From positions 1-64,000 of the forward strand of contig JAXLNO010005446.1 of the NCBI GenBank assembly GCA_038087875.1: DNA of 64,000 nucleotides, in the 5' to 3' direction. A model generated the notes under the pieces. The model was given only the letters and a program-made list of their open reading frames with translations. It searched no databases and was not told where the DNA came from. A program made the translations under genes and the position numbers. The DNA is from Malacoraja senta (lineage: Eukaryota). Shown here in pieces: positions 45,570 through 57,489 of the stretch. Position 1 is the stretch's first letter. The number at the start of each line of letters is the position of its first letter.

Positions 45570-47860
45570 AATAGGTGCAGGAGTGGAGGCCATTCGGCCC
45601 TTCCAGCCAGCACCGCCATTCAATGTGATCACGGCTGATCATCCCCAATCAGTACCCCGTTCCTGCCTTCTCCCATATCCCCTGACTCCGCTATCTTTAA
45701 GAGCCCTATCTAGCTCTCTCTTGAAAGCATCCAGAGAACCGGCCTCCACCGCCCTCTGAGGCAGAGAATCCCACAGATTCACAACTCTCTGGGTAGAAAA
45801 AGTGTTTCCTCGTCTCCGTTCTAAATGGCCGACCCCTTATTCTTAAACTGTGTGTGTGTGGCCCCTGGTTCTGGACCCCCAACATCGGGGAACATATTTC
45901 CTGCCTCTATGGTGGGACTGTCATATGAGAGAATGGAGCGGCTGGGCTTGTACACTCTGGAGTTTAGAAGGATGAGAGGGTATCTCATTGAAACATATAA
46001 GGTTGTTAAGGGTTTGGACACGCTAGAGGCAGGAAAACATGCTCACATTGAATGGCGGTGCTGGCTCGAAGGGCCGATTGGCCTTCTCCTGCACCTATTG
46101 TCTATAGCGGTCAGGGGATATGGGGAGAAGGCAGGAAAGGGGTACTGATTGGGGATAATCAGCCATGATCACATTGAATGGCGGTGCTGGCTCGAAGGGC
46201 CGAATGGCCTGCACCTATTATCTATTGCCTATTTCCACGGAACTCTTGTTACTTACTGCTCTAGTTACCTTTGTTTTCCCTCATTGTGACTTGTTTCGTG
46301 AGATTTCCACTGCCGTGAATATCATTCACACACATTTTGCGCTGTATAATTTCGTTACATTCCAGGAAAATCTAAGAGATTATTATTATCACAACAATAA
46401 AATAATATTATCTAATATATATTTTGTCTGTGGTCATCTTTTAAATGGTGAATTCCCTGTAAATGCGATTGCCGGAAGGGCTCCAGTAAATGGTGGCTTT
46501 AGAGGAGGGCACCCTAAATGGGTGGCCAGGGGAGGCCGCAGCCTGCATAGCAGTTGTACAGGGCCTTGGTGAGACCACACCTGGAGTATGTGTCCAGTTT
46601 TGGTCCCCTAATCTGAGGAAAGACATTCTTGCCATAGAGGAAGTACAGAGAAGGTTCACCAGACTGATTCCTGGGATGACAGGACTTTCATATGAAGAAA
46701 GACTGGATAGACTCGGCTTGTACTCGCTAGAATTTAGAAGATTGAGGGGGGATCTTATAGAAACTTACAAAATTCTTAAGGGGTTAAACAGGCTAGATGC
46801 AGGAAGATGGTTCCCGATGTTGGGGAAGTCCAGAACAAGGGGTCACAGCTTAAGGATAAGGGGGAAGTTTTAGGACCGAGATGAGAAAAACATTTTTCAC
46901 ACAGAGAGTGGTGAATCTGTGGAACTCTCTGCCACAGAAAGTAGTTGAGGCCAGTTCGTTGGCTATATTTAAGAGGGAGTTAGATGTAGCCCTTGTGGCT
47001 AAAGGGATCAGGGGGTATGGAGAGAAGGCAGGTACAGGATACTGAGTTGGATGATCAGCCATGATCATATTGAATGGCGGTGCAGGCTCGAAGGGCCGAA
47101 TGGCCTCTACTCCTGCACCTATGTCTATGTTTCTATGTTTCTGTACGTGGTTAGGAAGTAACAATAGACAATAGGTGCAGGAGTAGAGGCCATTCGGCCC
47201 TTTGAGCCAGCACCGCCATTCAATGTGATCATCCCCAATCAGTACCCCGTTCCTGCCTTCTCCCCATATCCCCTGACTCCGCTATCTTTAAGAGCCCTAC
47301 TAGCTCTCTCTTGAAAGCATCCAGAGAACCGGCCTCCACCGCCCTCTGAGGTAGAGAATTCCACAGCCTCACAACTCTCTGGGTGAAAAAGTGTTTCCTC
47401 ATCCCGTTCTACATGGCCGACTCCTTATTCTCAAGGTGGACAAAATGCTGGAGAAACTCAGCGGCATCTATGGAGCGAAAGAAATAGTCAAAGTTTGGGC
47501 AGAAACCCTTATTCTTCAACTGCGGCCCCTGGTATGGACTCCCCCCCCCAACATCGGGAACATGTTTCCTGCCTCTAGCGTGTCCAAACCCTTACAATCT
47601 TATATGTTTCAATAAGGCATCCTCTCATCCTTCTAAACTCCAGAGTGTACAAGCCCAGCCGCTCCATTCTCTCAGCATATGACAGTCCCGCCATCCCGGG
47701 AATTAACCTGGTGAACCTACGCCTGGGCTCCCTCAATAGCAAGAATGTCCTTCCTCAAATTTGGAGACCAAAACTGCACACAATACTCCAGGTGTGGTCT
47801 CACCAGGGCCCTGTACAACTGCAGAAGGACCTCTTTGCTCCTGTACTCGACTCCTCTTGA
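45570..47860. mobile_element. CR1 fragments flanking a short unique AT-rich stretch (46230-46500)
   Basis: ORFs 45821-46021(-), 46490-46873(+), 47645-47860 region. Confidence 0.82.
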
Positions 47861-48231
47861 TGGGAGGTGGGAGTAAAGGGCCTGTCCCACTTAGGCGATT
47901 TTTAAGCGACTGCCAGCGACTGCCACAGTTGTAGCAGGTCGCCGAAAAACTGGCGACCTGGACCCTCCCCCACGACAATGTCTACAACAACCTACCACCT
48001 GGTCGACGGCCACCTACCGACACCGCCAACCCATTAGGACGTCCACCAATGACCACACCTGCGTCCACCCGCGACAAGCTACGACAAGGTAAGGTAATTC
48101 AGTCGCCCGTGACGTAGGTAGTCGCCCGTGGAATTCACCAAAGTCAGCATCGGCGACAACCTTCGTCATCCTGGCGACAACCTACGACAGCACCTACGTC
48201 AGGAGAAGTCAAGATACGCTCGTGGCGTCAA

Positions 48232-48972
48232 GGTCAGCTTGGGGGAGAAAGGGAATGGGAGGTAGCCAGCTTGGGGGAGTAAGGGAATGGGAGATAGCCA
48301 GCTTGGGGGAGTAAGGGGAATGGGAGGTAGGTCAGCTTGGGGGAGAAGGGATGGAGGTAGCCAGCTTGGGGGAGTAAGGGGAATGGGAGATAGCCAGCTT
48401 GGGGAGTAACGGATGGGAGGTAGCCAGCTTGGGGGAGTAAGGGGAATGGGAGGTAGCCAACTTGGGGGAAAAGGGGAATGGGAGGTAGCCAACTTGGGGG
48501 AGTAAAGGGGAATGGGAGGTAGCCAACTTGGGGGAAAAAGGGGACTGGGAGGTAGCCAACTTGGGGGGAAAGGGGAATGGGTGGTAGCCAGCTTGGGGGA
48601 GTAAGGGAATGGAGGTAGCCAACTTGGGGAGTAAGGTGAATGGGAGGTAGCCAGCTTGGATTAAGGGGAATGGGAGGTAGCCAGCTTGGGGGATTAAGGG
48701 GAATGGGAGGTAGCCAGCTTGGGGGAGTAAGGTGAATGGGAGGTAGCCAGCTTGGGGGGAAAAGGGGAATGGGGAGTAGCCAGCTTGGGGGAGTAAGGGG
48801 AATGGGAGGTAGCCAGCTTGGATAAAGGGAATGGGAGGAAGCCAGCTTGAGGGAAATGGGGAATGGGAGGAAGCCAGCTTGGGGGGAAATGGGGAATGGG
48901 AGGTAGCCAGCTTGGATTAAAGGGAATGGGAGTAGCCAGCTTGGGGGAGTAATGAGAAAGGGAGGTAGCCAT
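48232..48972 (+). repeat. Minisatellite with about 31-33-nt unit
   Basis: About 23 degenerate copies of GCCAGCTTGGGGGAGTAAGGGGAATGGGAGGTA. Confidence 0.92.
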
Positions 48973-49696
48973 CAAATTCCTCAAATATCCACACCACATG
49001 AGAATGCTGTCATCCATTCCACTAAATAACAGACCAACTCACCTAATATTCTTTCTTTTTTTAAAATTCTTTTAAAGTATTTATTACATTTTAGTGTGTA
49101 ATATTCTCCCAGTGCAATGTCCCACCTGGGTGTGATAAATATAATGTATCTACTATTTTAAGCAGATAAATAACGTATTGGATGTGTCTTTGTCTCGTTT
49201 GGACTTGTTTTGGTAGCTCTCCTAATTTCGTTGTATTTCTTTTGTTTTAAATAAATATTTTTATTAGAAACCATGCACAATAGTATAAACCAAGAATAAC
49301 ATAATACATTTCGTGTACAACTTCTTGTTTTAAAAGTTAATGATAGAAAAGTAGCAGAAGCAAGAAAAAGCGGGAAAGAGATAGAAATAAAATAAAAATA
49401 AAAATAGAAAATAAAGGGGAAATTTATACCTGCTTCGTATCTTTACGCTCCCTTCACCCGGTTCTGAAACAGTTAATTTCCTGGGTGATGTTGCACCATA
49501 TGCTTGCAATAAGTCGATAAAGGGAGACCAGATCTTTGAGAATTGGTCTGATTTGCCTGCTAGGACGAATCTCATATCTTCGAGGTGTAACATTTCAGAC
49601 ATGTTTTGAAATCCACATTTTAAGCGTTGGTGCAGGAGTATTTTTCCAGAATTTTAATATTTCATTGTATTTCTAAGTACAATGGCAATAAAGGCA

Positions 49697-49699
<3 letters not shown>

Positions 49700-49745
<46 letters not shown>

Positions 49746-49820
49746 TAATATTATTATTATTAATATCATTATTATTTTATATAATTTTATTATTATATAT
49801 ATTATTATATTTTTATTATT
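49700..49820 (+). repeat. (TTA)n / AT-rich simple repeat abutting the gap
   Basis: ttattattatt... run. Confidence 0.9.
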
Positions 49821-49821
49821 C

Positions 49822-50021
49822 NNNNNNNNNNNNNNNNNNNNNNNNNNNNNNNNNNNNNNNNNNNNNNNNNNNNNNNNNNNNNNNNNNNNNNNNNNNNNNN
49901 NNNNNNNNNNNNNNNNNNNNNNNNNNNNNNNNNNNNNNNNNNNNNNNNNNNNNNNNNNNNNNNNNNNNNNNNNNNNNNNNNNNNNNNNNNNNNNNNNNNN
50001 NNNNNNNNNNNNNNNNNNNNN
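49822..50021. other. Assembly gap, 200 N
   Basis: Run of exactly 200 N, typical of a placeholder gap of unknown size. Confidence 0.99.
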
Positions 50022-50239
50022 CTGTAGGGCAGCAACTCTACCGCTGCGCCACCGTGCCTATTTCCTTCGCTCCATAGATGCTGCTGCACCCGCTGAGTTT
50101 CTCCAGCATTTTTGTGTACCTATATATTTACTGTTCCATTATTCTATGTTCGCTCTTCTGGGTGAGATGCTAACTACATTTCATTGTCTCTGTACTTGTA
50201 CACTGCACAATGACAATTAAAGATTGAATCTGAATCTGA

Positions 50240-50710
50240 ATCTGCAGGAGTAGGCCATTTGGCCCTTCGAGCCAGCACCGCCATTCAATGTGATCATGGC
50301 TGATCATCCCCAATCAGTACCCCGTTCCTGCCTTCTCCCCATATCCCCTGACTCCGCTATCTTTAAGAGCCCTATCTAGCTCTCTCTTGAAAGCATCCAG
50401 AGAACCGGCCTCCACCGCCCTCTGAGGCAGAGGATTCCACACTCACCACTCTCTGTGAGAAAAAGTGTTTCCTCGTCTCCGTTCTAAATGGCTACCTCCT
50501 TATTCTTAAACTGTGTGTGTGTGGCCCCTGGTTCTGGACTCCCCCAACATCGGGAACATGTTTCCTGCCTCTAGTGTATCCAAGGCCTTAACAATCTTAT
50601 ATGTTTCAATGAGATATCCTCTCATCCTTCTAAACTCCAGAGTGTACAAGCCCAGCTGCTCCATTCTCTCAGCATATGACAGTCCCGCCATCCTGGGAAT
50701 TAATCTTGTT
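50240..50710 (-). mobile_element. CR1 3' fragment
   Basis: ORF 50506-50691(-). Confidence 0.88.
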
Positions 50711-51113
50711 ACATGTCAGACATGTCAATTGGTAGCAACATTATGGACTCTTACATGGGTATGACCGCACATAAAAAACGAAAACATTTTCAGCAAAATG
50801 GCACAGCGTGAAAATACTGATTTCCTCAGCAAAATTTCCTCAGGTACTAGAATACTGAAATACTCCAACAAAACTTGGCAGCTCTGCAGTTATAGACCAG
50901 ACTAGTGAGCATCTCGATGGGGTCCTAGGGTCTTCACAGGAATCCTTGCTTACCCTAGGACCCCATCAAGACCCTTCTTCAGACCCGAAACGTCACCCAT
51001 TCCTTTTCTCCAGAGAAGCTGCCTGTCCCGCTAAGTTACTCCAGCATTTTGTGTCTATCGTTGGTGTGAACCGGCATCTGCAGTCGCCGCCTGCACAAAC
51101 ACATCTCACTTAC

Positions 51114-51194
51114 CGAGCAGGAAGAGCGATGGCCCATAATACTCTGCATTGCTGATGATGTGTTTCAGTGAGGTAGGCAAGGAACCATCCATGA
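51114..51194 (-). CDS. HUWE1: HUWE1 exon (last one visible before the gap)
   Basis: ttgcctttcAG| [27 protein letters not shown](A) |GTAAGT; 81 nt; matches the HUWE1 N-terminal region. Confidence 0.93.
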
Positions 51195-51289
51195 CTGAAA
51201 GGCAACAGGCCAGAATTAAATTGGGTTACATTGGGAACAGCAATCAAGTGCTAACAAGTCTAGGATCTAGGAGTACAGGTGCATGGTTC

Positions 51290-52420
51290 CTTGAAGGTCG
51301 AGTCGCAGGTAGATAAGGTGGTCAAAAAAGCTTTTGGCCTTCATCAGCCAGAGTATTGAGTATAGAAGGTACACAAAAATGCTGGAGAACCTCAGCGGGT
51401 GCAGCAGCATCTATGGAGCGAAGGAGATAGGCAACGTTTTGGGCCGAAACCCCTGAAGAAGGGTTTCGGCCCGAAACGTTGCCTATTTCCTTCGCTCCAT
51501 AGATGCTGCTGCACACGCTGAGTTTCTCCAGCATTTTGTGTACCTTCGATTTTCCAGCATCTGCAGTTCCTTCTTAAACATATTGAGTATAGAAGTTGGG
51601 AGGCCATGTTGCAGTTGTATAAGACGTTGGTGAGACCGCATTTAGAATATTGTGGGGACACAAAAAGGCTGGAGAAACTCAGCGGGTGAGGAAGCATCTA
51701 TGGAGCGAAGGAATAGGTGATGTTTGGGGTCGAGAAGTCTGAAGAAGGGTCTCGACCCGAAACGTCACCGATTCCTTCGCTCCATAGATGCTGCCTCACC
51801 CGCTGAGTTTCTCAAGCATTTTTGTCTACCTTTGATTTTTCCAGCATCTGCAGTTCTTTCTTAAACATTTAGAATATTGTGTTCAGTTCTGGGCAACGTG
51901 TTATAGGAAATATATTGTCAAGCTTGAAAGGGTTCAGAGAAGATTTACGAGGATGGTGCCAGGACTCTAGGCTGTGAGCTACAGGGAGAGGTTGAGCAGG
52001 CTGGGTCTCTATTCCTTTGAGCGCAGGAAGATGAGGGGAGATCTTATAGAGGTGTACAAAATCATGAGAGGAATAGATCGGGTAGACACACAGAGTCTCT
52101 TGCCCAGAGTAGAGGAATCGAGGACCAGAGGACATAGGTTCAAGGTGAAGGGGTAAAGATTTAATAGGAATCTGAGGGGTAACTTTTTCACACAAAGGGT
52201 GGTGGGTGTATGGAACGAGCTGCCAGAGGAGGTAGTTGAGGCTGGGACCATCCCAACGTTTAAGAAACAGTTAGACAGGTACATGGATAGGACAGGTTTG
52301 GAGGGATATGGACCAAACGCTGGCAGGTGGGGACTGGTGTAGCTGGGACATGTTGGCTGGTATGGGCAAGTTGGGCCGAAGGGCCTGTTTCCACACTGTA
52401 TCACTCTGTGACTCTAAGTC
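51290..52420 (+). mobile_element. CR1 copy carrying two palindromic Penelope-derived mini elements
   Basis: Inserts 51369-51580 (flanking duplication tattgagtatagaag) and 51655-51865 (flanking duplication catttagaatattgtg). Confidence 0.85.
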
Positions 52421-52845
52421 ACGGCAGTATTCCCGGCACCCACTTTCCAATCTTTTTTTAAAAGACATTTTGAGATACAGCGTGGAAACATACAGGTTTG
52501 ATTAGTACTGATGTACAAGGACCCCCAGATCCCGTTGTACTTCCACTTTTCCCAACTTGACCCATTTAGATCCCTTGATTCCGTCAGCCCTAAGAGCTAA
52601 ATCTCTCTTGAAAACATCCAGTGAATTGGCCTCCACTGCCTTCTGAGGCAGAGAATTCCAGAGTTAGATTGTTGATTAGTGCGGGTGTCAGAGGTTATGG
52701 GGAGAAGGCAGGAGAATGGGGTTAGGAGGGATAGATAGATCGGCCGTGATTGAATGGTGGAGTGGACTCGATGGGCCGAATGGCCTAATTCTGCTCCTAT
52801 CACATGATCACAAAGCGACAGAGAGAGAGAAAGAGAATACGTTAC

Positions 52846-52947
52846 CATGTCGAATGCTGTCCGAGAAGGCTGGATCTTGAATGGCCTTCTTCAGGAAGTT
52901 CAGCATAGATTTCAAGAGCGCTGCGCGCTGAGGAATGCACTGGACCC
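52846..52947 (-). CDS. HUWE1: HUWE1 exon
   Basis: cttcctcctcAG| [34 protein letters not shown] |GTAACG; 102 nt. Confidence 0.95.
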
Positions 52948-54053
52948 CTGAGGAGGAAGAAAGGAGGCGTTGTTCAATCAGGTCTCCCAGCACGTCAACC
53001 CACCCCAAAGCCTTGTGTGGACTCCTGTATATCGGCGAGACCAAGCGATCGCTTCCTAGGTGGACTGCCTTCCCAGGCTGACGAGTCCCATCTGCCCGAG
53101 ACTCGTGGGGGCGGGAGCGTCTACCTTCCCGTGCAGGTCTATAGCACCTGCCCACTGCCCTAATACTAGATATACGAATACTAGAGACACTATAGGACCA
53201 CCAGGAGGCGCCTGGGAGATGGCAGCCCTGCCGGCAGTCTGTTTGTTTTATCATCTTTTTGTTATTTTTAGCGTTTGTTAAAAGTTTTTTAAATGTTCTT
53301 CTATTTGTTTTATGTGCGGGGAGGGGGGGGTCGGGGCTAACTTTTTTTCAAGTTCTTACCTTCCCGGAGATGTGATCCATCTGCGGCCTACCATCGCTGG
53401 AGCTGGGGCTCAGACTGTCGTGAGCCCCACCGCGGGGCGCGGACTTGACATCGGAGCGGATCCCTTGCCTGGGATCGCTCCCACCGCGGCCTGCGGACTT
53501 ACCATCAAGGGCTCGCCGTCTCGGAAGAGGCAAGTCGGGAGCTCCAGCACCGCGGAATGTTCGACCAGCCCCGAGGCGAGGTTCGATCGCCCGGCGCAGG
53601 GGGAGCTGACATCCCCCCGATGCACGAGCTGAACGCCGCGACGTGGAGGGCCCAAACGCCGCCGGCTACGGGAGTCAAGACCATCCCGTCACCGTAAATT
53701 GGAGGAGCAGCACCTCTTATTTCGCTTGGGCAGTTTACACCCCAGCGGTATGAACATTGACGTCTCCAATTTCAGGTAGTCCCTGCTTTCTCCCTCCTTC
53801 CCCTTCCCTTCGAGGCCCCCGAACCGAGGAAGAACAAAAGGAAAGACAAACTTTATTTTGCCTTCCATCACAGTGACGAATGTGGAGGAGTCACTGTGGT
53901 GGATGTTCATGTTAAAATGTGTTTTTGAAGAGATCTGTTGCTTTTAATTGTATGACTGACCTGGCCTTTGAAATTCCTCCTATGTTGCAAAACATACTTG
54001 GCGAATAAAGTTTGATTCTGATTCTGATTCTGACGAACACTGGCCAGTCTTAC

Positions 54054-54164
54054 CGGTTCTTGGCGGGTAACTCATGACAGTATTTGGTCCTCGTGATTCG
54101 CCTCCGTCGGGCCTGGGTTCACTGGTTGAAGTAGACGGACCGGGACTGCTCTCCATTGCAATGT
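54054..54164 (-). CDS. HUWE1: HUWE1 symmetric (phase 1-1) cassette-type exon
   Basis: ctgtagtttcAG| DIAMESSPGPSTSTSEPRPDGGESRGPNTVMSYPPRT |GTAAGA; 111 nt, in frame between flanking exons. Confidence 0.75.
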
Positions 54165-54229
54165 CTGAAACTACAGGACAAGAGTGGTGAGTGCGGAACA
54201 GTGAGCAATTGTGTAGAGTTGATTACAAT

Positions 54230-54910
54230 CTAAATGGCGTCAAGTTGGGAAAAGGGGAAGTACAACGGGATCTGGGGGTCCTTGTACATCAGTCTATGAA
54301 AGTACAGCAGGCAGTGAAGAAAGCGAATGGCATGTTGGCCTTTATAACAAGAGGAGTTGAGTATAGGAGCAAAGAGATCCTTCTGCAGTTGTACAGGGCC
54401 CTAGTGAGACCACACCTGGAGTATTGTGTGCAGTTTTGGCCTGTTGGCCTTTATAACAAGAGGAGTTGAGTATAGGAGCAAAGAGGTCCTTCTGCAGTTG
54501 AAGAGTCCTAGTGAGACAACACCTGGAGTATTGTGTGCAGTTTTGGTCTCCTAATTTGAGGAAGGACATTCTTGCTATTGAGGGAGTGCAGCGTAGGTTC
54601 ACAAGGTTAATTCAGGGATGGCGGGGACTGTCATATGCTGAGAGAATGGAGCGGCTGGGCTTGTACACTCTGGAGTTTAGACGGATGAGAGGCTATCTCA
54701 TTGAAACATATAAGATTGTTAAGGGCTTGCACACGCTAGAGGCAGGAAACATGTTCCCGATGTTGGGGGAGTCCAGAACCAGAGGCCACAGTTTAAGAAT
54801 AAGGAGTGAGCCATTTAGAACGGAGACGAGGAAACACTTTTTCTCACAGAGAGTGGTGAGTCTGTGGAATTCTCTGCCTCAGAGGGCGGTGGAGGCCGGT
54901 TCTCTGGATG
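54230..54910 (+). mobile_element. CR1/HER1-like LINE with internal duplication
   Basis: ORFs 54191-54469 and 54511-54996. Confidence 0.88.
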
Positions 54911-55264
54911 CTTATAAGATCACCCCTCATCCTCCTGCGCTCCATGGTGTAGAGACCCAGCCTACTCAACCTCTCCCTGTAGCTCACACCCTCTAGTCCT
55001 GGCAACATCCTCGTAAATCTTCTCTGAACCCTTTCAAGCTTTTTGGCCGCATTTGGAGCATGGCGAACAATGCTGGGCGCAATATCCGAGGAAGGATGTG
55101 CCGGCTCTGGAGAGGGTCCAGAGGAGGTTTATGAGAACGATCCCAGGAATGAGTGGGTTAGCGTACGATGAGCGTTTGACGGCCCTGGGCCTGTACTCGC
55201 TGGAGTTTAGAAGAACGAGCGGGGGACCTCATTGAAACGTACCAAATAGTGAAAGATAGAGTGG

Positions 55265-55625
55265 ATGTGGAGAGTCGACAAAAATGCTGGAGAAACTCAG
55301 CGGGTGAGGCAGCATCTATGGAGCGAAGGAAATAGGCAACGTTTCGGGTCGAGAACCCTTCTTCAGACTGATGTGAGGAGTGGCGGGAAGAAGAAAGGAA
55401 GAGGCGGTGACAGTGGACTGTGGGGGAGCTGGGAAGGGGAGGGGAAGGAGGGAGAAAGCCGGGACTACCTGAAATTGGAGAAGTCAATGTTCATACCGCT
55501 GGGGTGTAAACTGCCCAAGCGAAATATGAGGTGCTGCTCCTCCAATTTGCAGTGGGACTCACTCTGGCCAATGGAGGAGGCCCAGGACAGAAAGGTCGGA
55601 TTGGGACTGGGAATGGGAGGGGGAG
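55265..55625 (-). mobile_element. Penelope-like 3' end nested in a CR1
   Basis: ORF 55465-55653(-) QSESHCKLEEQHLIFRLGSLHPSGMNIDFSNFR, plus terminal module. Confidence 0.85.
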
Positions 55626-56306
55626 TTGATGTGGAGAGGATGTTTCCACTCATGGGAGACTCTCGGAACAGAGGGCACAGCCTCTTTAAGGAAGGAGATG
55701 AGGAGGAATTTCTTTAGTCAGAGGGGGATGAATCTGTGAATTAATTGCCACAGACGGCGGTGGAGGCCACAAGTCAGTGGATACTTTTACAGCAGAGATA
55801 GATAGATTCTATCAGTGCGGGTATCAGGGGTTATGGGGAGAAGGCAGGAGAAAGGGGTTGAAAGGGAGAGATAGATCAGCCATGATTGAATGGCGGAAGA
55901 AGGGTTTCGGCCCGAAACGTTGCCTTTTTCCTTCGCTCCATAGATGCTGCTGCACCCGCTGAGTTTCTCCAGCAATTTTTTCTACCCACAATCAAAATAT
56001 TTTCTTGAGGTAAACCAAATTCATTGCTCAAGCATCTATTTTGGACAGGCTGGTGAAATTCTGACTTCTATTGCCTGCTATTATGGGCTGATGACTCAAT
56101 TCTCAAGGTCATGGAGTCAAAGAGTCACAAAGTGTAGAAACAGGCCCTTCGGCCCAACTTGACCACACTGACCAACATGCCCATCTACACTAGTCCTGAG
56201 TTTCTCCAGCACTTTTGTCTCCCATTGAATGGAGGAAGCCTAGTTCTATCATTTATGAGGCGGGAGGGGCGAGGGGTAGGGGAGAGTGCGGGCAAGGAGC
56301 AGGTAC

Positions 56307-56412
56307 CTTCGGAGTCGGTCTCCATCTCCTCTCCCTCCTGGGCTACGCTGGAGCGCTGGATCTTTGGCTTGATGACAAAAGGGCACTCTTTCCTGCAAAT
56401 GTCCACTTCGTG
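56307..56412 (-). CDS. HUWE1: HUWE1 exon
   Basis: ctttctttccctcAG| [35 protein letters not shown] |GTACCT; 106 nt, phase 0-1. Confidence 0.93.
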
Positions 56413-56599
56413 CTGAGGGAAAGAAAGCGAAGATTAAAGGCAGATTTATTAGCGGAAAACAGAGCAAACCAACAGGGAGACGACCCCCCGCCTCACCCCC
56501 CTCTGTACCAGGTGACAATAGACAATATTGCCTGTTTCCTTTGCTCCATAGATGCTGCTGCACTTGCTGAGTTTCTCCAGCACTTTTGTCTCCCAATAG

Positions 56600-57360
56600 A
56601 CAATAGGTGCAGGAGTAGGCCATTCGGCCCTTCGAGCCAGCACCGCCATTCAATGTGATCATGCCTGATCATCCTCAATCAGTACCCCGTTCTTGCCTTC
56701 TCCCCATATCCCCTGACTCTGCTATCTTTAAGAGCCTTATCTAGCTCTCTCTTGAAAGTATCCAGAAAACCGGCCTCTGAGGGAGAGAATTCCACAGACT
56801 CACAACTCTCTGGGTGGAAAAGTGTTTCCTCGTCTCCTTTCTAAATGGCAGACCCCTTATTCTTAAACTGTGTGTGGCCCCTGGTTCTGGACTCCCCCAA
56901 CATCGGGAACATGTTTCCTGCCTCTAGCGTGTCCAAACCCTTAATAATCTTATACGTTTCAATAAGATTCCCTCTCATCCTTCTAAACACTACAAGCCCA
57001 GCTGCTCCATTCTCTCAGCATATGACAGTCCCGCCATCCCGGGAATTAACCTGGTGAACCTACGCTGGGCTCCCTCAATAGCAAGAATGTCCTTCCTCAA
57101 ATTAGGAGACCAAAAACTGCACACAATACTCCAGGTGTGGTCTCACTAGGGCCCTGTACAACTGCAGAAGGACATCTTTGATCCTAGACTCAACCTCTTG
57201 TTATGAAGGCCAACAGGCTAAAACTGCACACAATACTCCAGGTGTGGTCTCACCAGGGCCCTGTACAACTGGAACGGGGGTACTGATTGGGGATGATCGG
57301 CCATGATCACATTGAATGGCGCTGCTGGCTCGAAGGGCCGAATGGCCTACTCCTGCACCT
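56600..57360 (-). mobile_element. CR1/HER1-like LINE
   Basis: Reverse complement of RT 3' end and UTR. Confidence 0.85.
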
Positions 57361-57489
57361 TTTGTCTACTGTCGAGACCCTTCTTCAGACTTTATGAAGT
57401 CTACCTTAGCCAGGAGACAGGAGTATTCGTTTAGTTTTGTTCTGAGATACAGTGTGGAAACTGGCCTTTCAGCCCACCGAGTAGGTGCT

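Noticed and set aside
1-49821. Downstream HUWE1 exons interleaved with the MHC genes
   Set aside because: I checked the unique islands on the minus strand by eye and recognised no HUWE1 peptide; tBLASTn would be needed to exclude it formally.
49627-50220. ORFs with poly-Tyr/Ile and X runs
   Set aside because: Artefacts of the (TTA)n repeat and the N gap.
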